Assembly: GCA_028873155.1 (NCBI GenBank)
Contig: JAGWML010000001.1
Span: 1 to 49,421, forward strand
Direction of reading: 5' to 3'
Source of the DNA: Acidobacteriota bacterium
Lineage (GTDB): Bacteria; Acidobacteriota; Terriglobia; Terriglobales; Acidobacteriaceae
Length of the DNA: 49,421 bases
Shown: positions 1 through 9,868 of the stretch, in pieces
Position numbering within the stretch: the first letter of the stretch is position 1
Layout of the letters: each line of letters opens with the position of its first letter
Notes under the pieces: generated by a model
Database searches by the model: none
What the model was told of the DNA's origin: nothing
Seen by the model: only the letters and a program-made list of their open reading frames with translations
Program-made: the position numbers and the translations under genes

Positions 1-129
1 CCGGAAGTGATCGAGCGCCTGTGTGGACCTTATTCAGGCGACGCCGCCATGCCGGCCGCTCCAGGATCGCTGCGTACGAGGCGTCAAAGAAATTCCCGTG
101 CTGGCCGTCCTCCGGCACAAACAGTGTGA
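1..129 (+). CDS. possible 3' end of a CDS entering from the left edge (…PEVIERLCGPYSGDAA…QTV*)
   Basis: Frame 1 is open from base 1 to TGA at 127-129 and is followed by a stem-loop. No family recognised. Confidence 0.3.
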   Translation, partial: PEVIERLCGPYSGDAAMPAAPGSLRTRRQRNSRAGRPPAQTV

Positions 130-319
130 CGGGTTCGCTTCCGTAGCTATCAACGTGCGGCCGTCCGCGAGCCCACTCTCTGCTTCGGGCAGATAGCTCA
201 GCTCGCAGCGCGTGTGCGTAGAGATGGGTATCGCTCGTCATTTGCCTGATGCCAGCTTACAGCCCTGTCTCCACCTTTAGTTGGAACCCCGCGAGCCGGC
301 ATAATGCGAAAATAAATGC

Positions 320-784
320 GTGACTTCCCCTAAGCATTCACTTGTGGTTTCGGCATTTCTTTTTACCTTGCTCTGCCTTCCAGCAAAGCCAGCCCATGCG
401 CTCTGGGGCTCAAAAAAGAAGGCGGAGGCGAAGGCGGGTGCGGTTCTGTTTCGCGATAAAGGGTGTGCCCATTGCCACGGACCTGCGGGTGTTGGCGGGA
501 AGAAAGGCCCGTCGCTCAGCAGCCTGCCCAAAGACAAGAAGTGGACACCCGCAAAGATGACCGATCAGATTCTGAATGGTGGCCAGAAGATGCCGCCATT
601 CTCCGACTCGCTGACCGATCAGCAGGTCGCGCAGATTGTGGCCTATCTGCGCACCAAGCGTAAGCCGGTGCCGCCGCTCTCTCAGGCTTCCAAGCCGCAG
701 CCGGTCAATGGGCTGATTGGATCAATCAACGCGGGAGGTCCGAGACCGTTAAACGGCCACGGGAACATTCGCGATGCCTTCTAG
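320..784 (+). CDS. monoheme class I c-type cytochrome (exported)
   Basis: Signal peptide (…PAHA), single CAHCH heme motif, GPSL, and distal Met ligand in MPPF. Overlaps the convergent pncB by 36 nt. Confidence 0.9.
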   Translation: MTSPKHSLVVSAFLFTLLCLPAKPAHALWGSKKKAEAKAGAVLFRDKGCAHCHGPAGVGGKKGPSLSSLPKDKKWTPAKMTDQILNGGQKMPPFSDSLTDQQVAQIVAYLRTKRKPVPPLSQASKPQPVNGLIGSINAGGPRPLNGHGNIRDAF

Positions 785-2134
785 TCCAAAGAGCCTCCGA
801 TAGCGCTCAATCTCCGCTGCCGGCCCCATCGCCTTCGCGTAATTATCGGAAAGCTTCACAGCAGGCCGTCCGTCCACGGCTGAGAGCTTGCACACCAGGC
901 TGACCGGGTCGAAGCTCTCATCTCCCCGTGGATTGCAGTTCCGGAAGTCATTCGTCAGATAGGTGCCCCAACCGGCGCTGAATCGAATCCTTGGCTCACG
1001 CTTCCACTTCTTCGCATCCCTAAAGTCGCCAGCACGTCGAAACTCAGCTCTGTCGAGTCCTTCCGCGATTCTTCCCCCAAAATACGCATGCAAACCAAGG
1101 ATCGCGTCTACATCGAGCGCATCGGAAGCAATCAGCCGCTTCTGACGGGGATCCCGGCCTCGCTCCTGAAGCCAGGCGATGTACTCGTCGCCCGCAAGAT
1201 ACGGGTCCTTGCTGTCAATCCTCTGCCCGGTCCAATCGGCAACCCAATCGGGAGCATTCCGAAGAAACTGCGTGGTCCCGTATGTATCAGGAAGCAAAAT
1301 GAGCAACTCACCCTGGTAGGTCTGCTGCCACAGCTCCAGCATCCGGTATTGAGCTTGCTTCAATTCCTCCTCGGTATCCGCCAGTGCAGCCATCGCCATC
1401 GGCAGCTCATGGGCATTGGTGCCAATTGCTTCGAGATCGTGCTTGTAAGCAAGGTAGGTATTCGAGCTGCCTGCGAAGCTCTCTTCAAGCACGTCGCTCA
1501 TCGCCTTCACAACATACTCGTGCCACAGAAAGCTGTGCCGCCGCCGCGTTCCGAAATCGCTCACGTTCAACCCCGGCACGCCGCGCAGCCGCTCCATTTT
1601 CTCCCAAAGGCGCGTCTTCGCTCGCGCATACAGAATGTCGATCTCAAATTCACTCAGTTGCTTCAGGCTTGCCCTGCTCTTCAGCTCATCGACGGCTGAG
1701 AGTGCGTAGATCTCCCATAATGTCGTCTCTGTCCAGAGCCCATCGAAGCGCAACGCAATCTGCCCATCCTCGACCGCAAGCTCAAACTCCGACAGCCGGA
1801 AATCCTGATCGAGCCAGTTCAGGAATGCAGGCTCAAACATTCCGCGACGGCCATAAAACGTATTACCCGCCAGCCAGATCAGCTCGGACTTGTGAAAGCG
1901 CAGCTTGCGCGTCGACTCCAGTTGCTCGCGCAGTTCCTCAATCCGAACGACTTCACCCAACGGAATCTCGCGCGTCCGATTCATCAAGGTAAAGCTGGCG
2001 CGCGTCTTCCCAAAGTGCTTCCAGATGAACTGAAGCATCAGCAGCTTGTAGAAGTCCGTATCGAGCAGCGAACGCGTGATCGGATCCAGCTCCCAATTGT
2101 GGTCGTGCGCGCGCCGCGCCAGGTTCACAATCAC
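749..2134 (-). CDS. pncB: nicotinate phosphoribosyltransferase
   Basis: SLLDTDFYKLLM, DFGTRRRHS, GTNAHE, RIDS, GWGT and KLSDN motifs. Confidence 0.96.
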   Translation of the reverse strand: MIVNLARRAHDHNWELDPITRSLLDTDFYKLLMLQFIWKHFGKTRASFTLMNRTREIPLGEVVRIEELREQLESTRKLRFHKSELIWLAGNTFYGRRGMFEPAFLNWLDQDFRLSEFELAVEDGQIALRFDGLWTETTLWEIYALSAVDELKSRASLKQLSEFEIDILYARAKTRLWEKMERLRGVPGLNVSDFGTRRRHSFLWHEYVVKAMSDVLEESFAGSSNTYLAYKHDLEAIGTNAHELPMAMAALADTEEELKQAQYRMLELWQQTYQGELLILLPDTYGTTQFLRNAPDWVADWTGQRIDSKDPYLAGDEYIAWLQERGRDPRQKRLIASDALDVDAILGLHAYFGGRIAEGLDRAEFRRAGDFRDAKKWKREPRIRFSAGWGTYLTNDFRNCNPRGDESFDPVSLVCKLSAVDGRPAVKLSDNYAKAMGPAAEIERYRRLFGLEGIANVPVAV

Positions 2135-2171
2135 TGTCTCACCGCTTTCCCCTTTTGTTGCTCACCCAATC

Positions 2172-3341
2172 TCACGCATCTACCGACTCTGGATTCAGAT
2201 GCGCTCCGCAACTGCGCCGCACCACGAGCCGCGTGGGCACGAGCACGTCGCGCACCGGAAGTTCAGGATGCTCGAGCCGCTCCAGCATGGTCGCCATGGC
2301 AACCGCTCCGATGCCTGCGCAATCCTGATGAATTGTGGTCAGCGGCACAGGCAACAGGCTCGCATACTTTACATCATCCATGCCCACAATCCGAATCTCT
2401 TCCGGAATGCGAACGCCAAGCCCGAGCAGAAGCTGCATCAGCCGCGCTGCTGTCAGGTCGTTGGCGCAAACAATTCCCTCCGGGCGCGCCACATCGAGCA
2501 TGCGCTTCACAAAGCCCTCATCCTGCGGGCTGCCGCGCCACACCGCATCCCGCTCCGCTGATATTCCAGACGAACGCAGCGCCTCATAGAAGCCAGTGAT
2601 GCGCGCATCCACTGTGTTCGCCGTATCTGGTTCGCCCAGGAACACCAACCGGCGCACCTTTTGCGCGAGCAGATGAGAAGTCGCCACAAAACCGGCTCTC
2701 CGGTTATCCACGCCCACCAGATCATGCGCGGAACGCTCCGGATACGGCATGTAGCAGCGATCCAGCAAAACCACCGGAATCTGCGCTCGCTCCAGCGCGC
2801 GCGCGATGCGCCGGTTCACGGCCTCCTTTTCCCGCGTCAATTCCAGCGGAGCGAAGAATACTCCTGCCACCTTCTGCACAATGAAGGAGTGCACCAGTTG
2901 CTCGGCTTCCTTCGCCGTCTCCCGCACCGAGCTGGACGAATTGCCCCAAAGCAGCGCATCTGGCCTCGCAAAGGGCGAACGCATCATGCCATGGCAAATC
3001 GGCTCAAAGATTTCGGTCAGCCCCAGCTCTGGAATCAACAATCCAAATGTTCGTCCCGCAGCCTGCTGCACCTTTTGAACGTGCGTGCCCGCGCCGGGTC
3101 GCCGTGTCACCAGTCCCATGCGCTGCAGATCGAGCACCGCCTTGGCCACGGTGATGCGAGAGGCCTCAAACATTCGCCCCAGTTCTGCCTCACTTGGAAG
3201 GCGATCGCCGGGCTTCAACTGGCCCGATTGAATACTCTTCAAGAGGTGCTCAAAGACTCTGCGATGCTTTGCAATCTGGCGGCCGCCCTCGGCCGCCGGC
3301 GGAGGACTGAGCTTACTCGTTGTGTCGCGTGGCGTTGCCAT
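2172..3341 (-). CDS. GntR-family regulator with C-terminal LacI-type ligand-binding domain (AraR-like)
   Basis: N-terminal PGDRLPSEAEL…SRITVAKA…RRPGAGT winged HTH; C-terminal DN..AG, CAND, IVGMDD, PLTTIHQ. Confidence 0.92.
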   Translation of the reverse strand: MATPRDTTSKLSPPPAAEGGRQIAKHRRVFEHLLKSIQSGQLKPGDRLPSEAELGRMFEASRITVAKAVLDLQRMGLVTRRPGAGTHVQKVQQAAGRTFGLLIPELGLTEIFEPICHGMMRSPFARPDALLWGNSSSSVRETAKEAEQLVHSFIVQKVAGVFFAPLELTREKEAVNRRIARALERAQIPVVLLDRCYMPYPERSAHDLVGVDNRRAGFVATSHLLAQKVRRLVFLGEPDTANTVDARITGFYEALRSSGISAERDAVWRGSPQDEGFVKRMLDVARPEGIVCANDLTAARLMQLLLGLGVRIPEEIRIVGMDDVKYASLLPVPLTTIHQDCAGIGAVAMATMLERLEHPELPVRDVLVPTRLVVRRSCGAHLNPESVDA

Positions 3342-3367
3342 TCACTTCCCTTTCGGCATGCTCTGCC

Positions 3368-5782
3368 TTATTCATGGTGCTGATGCTGCGGTGCGATCAC
3401 CGACTTGCCAATCTCAAACGACTTCACAGGAACAGGCTCCAGCCTTTCGGCATCCTCGCGTACGCGGTACGTGCGATCCGTTGCCACGTTGAGAAACCGC
3501 TGATGGCGCCCCGAAACCGGCCACCACACCTCGATCGCGCGAATGGATGCGGCTTTGCCCACGCCGATGTGCTGGCGCATTGGATTCGCCCCAAAGCTCG
3601 AAACCGAACCCACAGCCCGATACACCGACCGCACCCGTCCATCCTCTTCCGTCTCCACGCGAATGCGCGCACCATACCCAGGCCGATTCGTTCGCACTCC
3701 CTCGAGAACCAGCGTCACCCAGTGATTTCCATGTCCCGGATTCTTGTAGAGAGCCGCATGAAATCCGTCCCCTGGGTATGCGCCACCCAACTCCTCGAGT
3801 ACGTCCTCGTTGCCGTTGCCCTCCAGATCGGCAAAGACAATCGCGTGCCCTTTTTGCAGATTGCCAAATCCGCCCGAGGTGGTCACATCCTGAAAGCGCC
3901 GCCCTTCATCGTTGCGAAACATCCGCTTGGGCAGCAGCGCTTCAAATGAAGGATCGCCGAGGCCGAGATACACATCCAGCCAGCCATCATTCTCCAGATC
4001 GCCAAAGTTCGCGCCCATCACCGCGATCGCGCGGTCCAGCCCAGCCGCTCGTGGAAGATCCGTGAAAGTCCCGTCGTGGTTATTCCGAAACAGGTGAGAC
4101 ACCGAAGCATGGTGAGGCTTGCCCATCTCAAATGCGCCCACGTCCTCCATCGACGTGGTCGAGTAGCCACCCGCGAAGATGTCCAGCCATCCATCGTTGT
4201 TGTAATCAAAAAACCAAGTGGGGAAGGTGTAGCGTTTCCCTCCCAGCCCTGCCTGCTCCGTCACATCGGTAAACTTCCATCGCGCAGCATCCGGATGTGC
4301 CTGGTCCGCGGGCCCATCGTTTCGAAACAGATAGCTCTGTCCGTACATGGTGGATACATACAAATCCGGCCGTCCATCGTTGTTGTAGTCGCCCCACGCC
4401 ACGCCCTTCACGAAGCCGAGATTTGCGCCGGGCACTCCCGCAACTGCCGACCCTATGGCCTGCGCGGCCTCTACTTCGCTGAAAGTGCCATCGTGATTGT
4501 TGTGGAAGAGCTGGGACACAAATTGCTCCCCCGGCCTGGACTCGTGGCCGACAAAAACATCCAGCCAGCCGTCGCCGTCATAGTCTGCCCACGCTGCCGT
4601 CTGGCCCGGACCATTCACCAGCAGACCGGACTCCTCCGTCACATCGTCAAACGTCCCGTCGCAGTTGTTGCGCAGCAGCGACATCGGGTACTCCCCGAAG
4701 ACGTCCCACCAGCCGCCGCGCAGCACCATGACATCCGCGCAGCCATCATTGTTGTAATCGGTCAGCACCATGTTCAGCCCGCCAAGCTCACTGCCCAGTC
4801 CGGCAGCCGCGGTACGATCGCTGAAGGTTCCGTCCCCGTTGTTGTGAAAAAAGTGCATGGGATCCAAAGGGCCGGACGACGACATGAGAATGTCCAAGAG
4901 CCCATCGCCGTCCAAATCCTCCACAATCAGTCCACCCGACCGCTGAAAGGCATCGACCCCTGCAAGCCCGGCCACGTCGGGGAAATAGCCGATGTCTGCA
5001 TCCGACTTGAAGAGCGCAGGATCGGCCAGCCATTTCTTCGGCACATCCTGCGGGTACCGGCCCAACTGCATGTACGCGAGATTCAACAGCCACCTGTCGA
5101 TCTGGCTTTCTGGATTCAATTCCAGCGCAATGGTGTACTCACGCACCGCGCCTTCCGCGCCTTGCTTCTTTGTATGCAGACCGCCGCCGCGCAAAGGAAA
5201 ATTGCACGACAAAGCGTTATGCATGCCGATGCAATTCTCCTGCTCCCCGAGCCGTAGATAGCTGAGCGCCAGCAGTTCATGCAGGCGCACCATCAAGGAC
5301 CGGTCCAGTGACTTCTCCTGCGGCTCCAAATCGCGCATCAACTTTGTCATCGTTTCCACAGCGCCGGCGCTTCTGCCTGCCCGCAGTTGCTCATTCGCCA
5401 GTTCCATGCGGACTGTCACCTCATCGCGCAAAGAGAGAGGCCGCGTCAGCAGCAATTCGAGATATGCCACCCGCTCAAACGGCTTGTTCGGATCTGCCTT
5501 CCAGTCGTAGTTCGCAAAGATGGTTCGCAAACGCGCGCCCATCCGCCGCGCGCCTTCCCCGTGCGGAAGTGGCGCAATGCGCGCAGCGGGCTCCTGCGGA
5601 GCGCTGACCGATGTACCCCTTCCCACCGGCGCCACTGTGCTGCCGCCAATGTCGACGGCTGGAATGACCGGCGCCGGATTGCTGCTGTTCTGCGCGGACA
5701 CACTGCCGCTCCCGTCTGTCCAAAGCGCCATTCCAAACAAAATGAACCCAAGCGCCTTGCTCCCGAACATCCACCGGCCCAT
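3368..5782 (-). CDS. secreted CRTAC1 / ASPIC-UnbV family protein with FG-GAP repeats
   Basis: Signal peptide, TPR-like helices, repeated DxD/NxDGxxD motifs, and a C-terminal UnbV-type segment (NHWVTLVLEG..TNRPGYGARI…HIGVG…WP). Confidence 0.88.
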   Translation of the reverse strand: MGRWMFGSKALGFILFGMALWTDGSGSVSAQNSSNPAPVIPAVDIGGSTVAPVGRGTSVSAPQEPAARIAPLPHGEGARRMGARLRTIFANYDWKADPNKPFERVAYLELLLTRPLSLRDEVTVRMELANEQLRAGRSAGAVETMTKLMRDLEPQEKSLDRSLMVRLHELLALSYLRLGEQENCIGMHNALSCNFPLRGGGLHTKKQGAEGAVREYTIALELNPESQIDRWLLNLAYMQLGRYPQDVPKKWLADPALFKSDADIGYFPDVAGLAGVDAFQRSGGLIVEDLDGDGLLDILMSSSGPLDPMHFFHNNGDGTFSDRTAAAGLGSELGGLNMVLTDYNNDGCADVMVLRGGWWDVFGEYPMSLLRNNCDGTFDDVTEESGLLVNGPGQTAAWADYDGDGWLDVFVGHESRPGEQFVSQLFHNNHDGTFSEVEAAQAIGSAVAGVPGANLGFVKGVAWGDYNNDGRPDLYVSTMYGQSYLFRNDGPADQAHPDAARWKFTDVTEQAGLGGKRYTFPTWFFDYNNDGWLDIFAGGYSTTSMEDVGAFEMGKPHHASVSHLFRNNHDGTFTDLPRAAGLDRAIAVMGANFGDLENDGWLDVYLGLGDPSFEALLPKRMFRNDEGRRFQDVTTSGGFGNLQKGHAIVFADLEGNGNEDVLEELGGAYPGDGFHAALYKNPGHGNHWVTLVLEGVRTNRPGYGARIRVETEEDGRVRSVYRAVGSVSSFGANPMRQHIGVGKAASIRAIEVWWPVSGRHQRFLNVATDRTYRVREDAERLEPVPVKSFEIGKSVIAPQHQHHE

Positions 5783-5787
5783 GTCAC

Positions 5788-6714
5788 TTATCCTTCGATC
5801 GCCGCAGTGATGGCCGCCCGGGCGGCGTTTGCCAGTTCAGGCATTGCACCCGATTGTGACGCAACCCAGCTTCCCCAGCGGTTGCCCGCCTCATTCAGGG
5901 TTCGCAGACTCGCTCCACGCAACAGGTAGTGCGTCATGGCCGCGGTGAAGGCATCGCCCGCGCCAATCGTATCAGCCACCTTGATCTGTACGCCCGGATG
6001 TTCGTGCCACTCACCGCGACGAACCAGAAGGCTCCCATGCCCGCCTCGCGTGATTGCCACCAACTGCAGCCCAGGAAACTCTTCCAACAGGCGCCCGGCT
6101 CCTGCTTTGAGAGCAGCGGCGTCTGTTCTCTCCTCCGCAGTCATGCCCAGCAATCCCAGAACCTGCGGCACTTCGAGATCATTCATCTTCACAACTGTGG
6201 CCAGTTCCAGCGATTCCTCCAGCACCTCGGCGGTATAAAACGGCGTGCGCAGATTCACATCAAACACGCGCACACACGCCGAGGATGTCTCCGCCGCCAA
6301 GGTCTGAATGGTCTGCCGTGATGCGACGCTCCGCTGCGCCAGTGTTCCAAAGCAGATTGCATCCGCCCGCGCCGCCAACTGCACCCATTCGTCGGAGAGC
6401 TCCATCGCATCCCAGGCTGCAGGCTGGTGGATGATGTACTCAGGCTGGCCGTCCTTGAGCGAGACTGTCACTCTGCCGGTTTCATGGCCGGAATCGACCT
6501 GGATAAAGCTTTCATCGGAAGGCAGCGGATCGAGAATCCCGACCGCGCGGCGTCCCAGCTCATCGCGCCCGATTCTGCTCAGAATCACAGCATGATCGCC
6601 CAGCCGCCCAGACATCACGGTGAAATTCGCTGGCGCGCCACCAAGCCGCGCCCCCTCGGGCAACATGTCCCACAACAACTCCCCAATCCCCAGTACCAGA
6701 TGCGGCTCTTGCAC
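5788..6714 (-). CDS. PfkB-family carbohydrate kinase (fructokinase-like)
   Basis: GELLWD, GGAPAN, FDVNLR and DTIGAGDAF signatures. Confidence 0.93.
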   Translation of the reverse strand: MQEPHLVLGIGELLWDMLPEGARLGGAPANFTVMSGRLGDHAVILSRIGRDELGRRAVGILDPLPSDESFIQVDSGHETGRVTVSLKDGQPEYIIHQPAAWDAMELSDEWVQLAARADAICFGTLAQRSVASRQTIQTLAAETSSACVRVFDVNLRTPFYTAEVLEESLELATVVKMNDLEVPQVLGLLGMTAEERTDAAALKAGAGRLLEEFPGLQLVAITRGGHGSLLVRRGEWHEHPGVQIKVADTIGAGDAFTAAMTHYLLRGASLRTLNEAGNRWGSWVASQSGAMPELANAARAAITAAIEG

Positions 6715-6756
6715 GGTCTCTCTCCAGCGGCTCAGAAAGCGATTCAGACTGCCAGT

Positions 6757-6779
6757 TCAAAATGTTTGACATGGCAAAT
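6757..6779. promoter_or_regulatory. candidate operator palindrome TTTGACATGGCAAA upstream of the pfkB-CRTAC1-gntR run
   Basis: 12/14 self-complementary (6765-6778), overlapping a second palindrome TCAAA-atg-TTTGA, in an AT-rich spacer. Confidence 0.45.
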
Positions 6780-6853
6780 GACTCAAAAGGTCAATACTGA
6801 TTCAGCTTTCGCTGTTACCCGCCCCACCGTCAACCCTTTTCTGCAAGACCGCC

Positions 6854-7591
6854 TCAACGGCGCGATGGCGCCCACCTCCAGATTGAGCAATCCTCATAGC
6901 CTGCTGCGGCATATTCAGCCTCCGGTTGGCCGAGCAGAATCTTCTTGTCGGCGATGGCGTCCGCCTGCGATCGCCGTACGCGCCCTGCGAAAACTCGTTG
7001 CCACCCCCGCGACGCTTCAATTACGCCATCCTGTTCGTTATTCACATACAGGATGTCCGGTCCGTTCTTCTGTTTTGCGAATCTGCGCCGCAGATTGGTC
7101 AGGAACCGCCGCATCACGACGGCGCCGAATGGATTGAAGAGAAACACAACACAAGGCTGCGCCGGAAATCGGAACTCCGCCGCATCGGCTCCAAAGATCC
7201 GAATCGGGGTGCATGCGCGTCCCTGCCTGCGCCAGGCGGTTGCATTCCGCCTCGCAATCCGCACCAGCCGCGAATTCAGTTCCACGCCCACGACACGCCG
7301 AAAAGGCAGCTCGGCCGCAAGCAGCAGCGCGCGGCCCATTCCGGCGCCGACATCCACAAATGTTGTCTCTTCGATAGGCGCAGCAGGTGAAGTCCTGTGC
7401 CACCGTGCGAGGAGGCCCTCAAACACCGAGGGCGCCACGCCGTAGTAAGCCGTCGCGTGGCGATCGTGACGATGTCCGCTGCCCAGATGCCTGCCCGCAA
7501 CCAGCCCGCTCGTCCGCACTCCATTCTGCGCGTCAAATGGGTGCTGCATCAGGCCCGTGGCCACCGTCAGGCCAGGCATTCGCTTCTCCAT
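6854..7591 (-). CDS. class I SAM-dependent methyltransferase
   Basis: FVDVGAGMGR motif I, VGVE, FLFNPF. ATG at 7591 follows an AGGGG RBS. Confidence 0.85.
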   Translation of the reverse strand: MEKRMPGLTVATGLMQHPFDAQNGVRTSGLVAGRHLGSGHRHDRHATAYYGVAPSVFEGLLARWHRTSPAAPIEETTFVDVGAGMGRALLLAAELPFRRVVGVELNSRLVRIARRNATAWRRQGRACTPIRIFGADAAEFRFPAQPCVVFLFNPFGAVVMRRFLTNLRRRFAKQKNGPDILYVNNEQDGVIEASRGWQRVFAGRVRRSQADAIADKKILLGQPEAEYAAAGYEDCSIWRWAPSRR

Positions 7592-7679
7592 CGCGTCTGT
7601 CCCCTGCAGCAATCCTAGCGTGCAGCAATCCCAGCGTGCAGTAATCCCAGATGGTCTGGCTGCTCAAGCCCCCCACTGC

Positions 7680-7723
7680 AAAAAGAAAAAGACCTGCACC
7701 CGGTGGTTCCGGTATGCAGGTCT
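7680..7723 (-). terminator. intrinsic terminator
   Basis: Minus strand AGACCTGCA…TGCAGGTCT stem followed by TTTTCTTTTT. Confidence 0.8.
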
Positions 7724-7814
7724 ACTTCGTCACGCGGGCTCTGGACACACCAAAGACCGCGTGCAACCTGAACGACTTCATCGCCGCGGGGTGAATCCCC
7801 GCTGCTGCAAACTT

Positions 7815-8204
7815 CTAGTGTCCGCGGGAGAGGCCGCTGAACAGGCGGGAATACTCCCGGCCGTCACCCGAGCCGAAGCCCTGCCGCAGAACATTGTTGA
7901 TCCTGCGCTGGAACGGATCGTTGGTCGTCTCAGAGAACGGGGGAGCCGGGGCTGCCGCAGGTTCAACAGCTTCCTGAACAGGCGCGGGAGCCTCTTCCCT
8001 CATCTGCTGCACTTCCTCACGAGCTTCAACTGCGGGCATCTCCTGAAACTGAATCGGCCCGCCCGATGCCGCGAGCGGCTTCAAAACCTCTGCAACCCGT
8101 TCAAGCCGGGTCTTCCGCTGCTCTAGCTGGTCAAGCTGATTCAGGATCTGCTTCAGCTCTGCATTCGCCTCTTCGTAGGCCGCGCGATATGTTTCATCTC
8201 TCAT
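7815..8204 (-). CDS. hypothetical protein with N-terminal coiled coil
   Basis: GGAG RBS before ATG at 8204, heptad pattern ELKQILNQLDQLEQRKTRLERV, and a downstream terminator. Confidence 0.75.
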   Translation of the reverse strand: MRDETYRAAYEEANAELKQILNQLDQLEQRKTRLERVAEVLKPLAASGGPIQFQEMPAVEAREEVQQMREEAPAPVQEAVEPAAAPAPPFSETTNDPFQRRINNVLRQGFGSGDGREYSRLFSGLSRGH

Positions 8205-8366
8205 GTCAGCTCCAGGTCGGGGGAAATTTTCCATGCACGAAGGGTAGTCCAACGACAGGTTACCTCCAATCACCCAAAAGAACCATAGGTAACCACCTTT
8301 GGGTAAGCATGCCTGAATTGATTCGCTTTATCTTCGTCTTCTGGGCATTGAGAGGGACTATTTGGT

Positions 8367-9770
8367 CTATTTTGCCGCGTCGCGGGCAACTTCCGCTTTG
8401 CCGCCGGGCGCATCCGCCGGCTTCAGCGGGGTTACCTTGATTCTGCTCACGCGCAGCCCGTCCATCTCCATCACGGTTAGCTCTTTGCCGTCGTAGACTA
8501 CGCTTTCGCCCAAGGCCGGGATGTGGCCCAACCGCATCAGGAAGAATCCAGCCAGAGTTTCCACTCCTCCGTCCCGCGGCAGGGACCAATGCATCTGCGT
8601 CTCAAGATCGCGCAGGGTCACTCCGCCATCCAGCACAAAGGTCCCGCCTGCCGTGCCAAGCAGTGGCCTCGTCAGGTCGTCAAATTCGTCCTCCAATTCT
8701 CCTGTCAACTGCTCCAGCGCATCCTCAGCAGTGACCAGCCCGACGGTCGAGCCAAATTCATCCACCACAATCGCCATCTGCCGCCTGCGGCGCTGGAACT
8801 CCTGGATCAGGTCGAGGACATTCTTCGTCTCCGGCATCACCAGCACGTCTCTCATGACTTGCCCAAGGCGCAAATCCACAATGGCAGACCCTGCCTTCTC
8901 TGCCCCTCCGCGATCACTGCGCACCACCGGCCTGAAAAACATCAGGCGAGCCAGATCCTTGGCGTACACCACTCCAACAATGTGCTCCGTGCCGCGGCTC
9001 TCGTCATATACAGGAACGCGAGAAAGCTGATGCTCAATGACCCGCGCGCTCGCCTCTTCGATTGGCATGTTGGATGGCAATGAGAAGATCTGCTGGCGCG
9101 GCGTCATAATTTCGCGGATGGGCACATCGTCCAGTTCGAGCGCACGATGCACGAGCGTCTCCTGGAACGCAGGCAGCAATCCGACGCGCCGGGCCGCCGT
9201 CGCAATCAGCTTCAGTTCCTCAGGAGAGTGCACAGAAGCTCGTTCTGAAATGGGGACATCGAATCCGCGAAGAGCTGCCGCCGCGGAGTACCGCAGCGCC
9301 CGCACCGCAGGCCGAGCCAGGGTCATGAAGACCGACATCGGCGGCGCCACCGCCACGGCAAGAGCTTCGGCGCGGCGCAATGCCAACGACTTGGGAACCA
9401 GTTCGCCCACCACGACATGCAGATAAGTGATGAGTCCGAAGCCAAGGGACACCGCTGCCAGATGCGCGTAGATCTGCGCATGCGGCACGGAGCTCAGCAT
9501 CCTGAGGAAAAAGGCCGCAGCGAGTGGCTCGCCAATCCAGCCCAGAGCAAGTGAGCAAAGAGTCACGCCCAGTTGCACCGCAGGCAGAAAGTCTTCCAGG
9601 TCATCCTGGAGCCGGCGTACGGCTCGCGCTCCGGGAATACCAGCGGCCATCATCTGCTCAATTCGCGTCTCGCGCACACTGACCAGAGCAAACTCCGCGG
9701 CCACAAAAAAGGCATTCGCCAGAATCAGCAACGCCACGGATACACATTGCAACAGCAGCAGACCGTGCAT
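8367..9770 (-). CDS. hemolysin/CorC-family CNNM-CBS-CorC membrane protein
   Basis: NAFFVAAEFALV, GELVPKS, CBS pair (IMTPR, SRVPVY, VVDEFG), and ETLAGF CorC domain. The start could be 9785. Confidence 0.92.
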   Translation of the reverse strand: MHGLLLLQCVSVALLILANAFFVAAEFALVSVRETRIEQMMAAGIPGARAVRRLQDDLEDFLPAVQLGVTLCSLALGWIGEPLAAAFFLRMLSSVPHAQIYAHLAAVSLGFGLITYLHVVVGELVPKSLALRRAEALAVAVAPPMSVFMTLARPAVRALRYSAAAALRGFDVPISERASVHSPEELKLIATAARRVGLLPAFQETLVHRALELDDVPIREIMTPRQQIFSLPSNMPIEEASARVIEHQLSRVPVYDESRGTEHIVGVVYAKDLARLMFFRPVVRSDRGGAEKAGSAIVDLRLGQVMRDVLVMPETKNVLDLIQEFQRRRRQMAIVVDEFGSTVGLVTAEDALEQLTGELEDEFDDLTRPLLGTAGGTFVLDGGVTLRDLETQMHWSLPRDGGVETLAGFFLMRLGHIPALGESVVYDGKELTVMEMDGLRVSRIKVTPLKPADAPGGKAEVARDAAK

Positions 9771-9820
9771 CTTGCCTGTGAGCATAGCATCCCCGGACTC
9801 ATCCGAAGCCACCATCGGCT

Positions 9821-9847
9821 GGAACCATTCGAACCTTCCCTGCGTAT
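9821..9847 (+). promoter_or_regulatory. ECF-sigma-type promoter GGAAC-N17-CGTA
   Basis: GGAACCAttcgaaccttcccTGCGTAT, 21 nt before the GTG start. Identical boxes and spacing at 12820-12846. Confidence 0.7.
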
Positions 9848-9868
9848 GGCAGATTGTGGAGGGTTCCT

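Noticed and set aside
218-265. Fluoride-riboswitch-like words (GAGATGG…CTGATG…TAC)
   Set aside because: P1 and pseudoknot pairings do not fit the crcB consensus, and the downstream gene is a cytochrome c.
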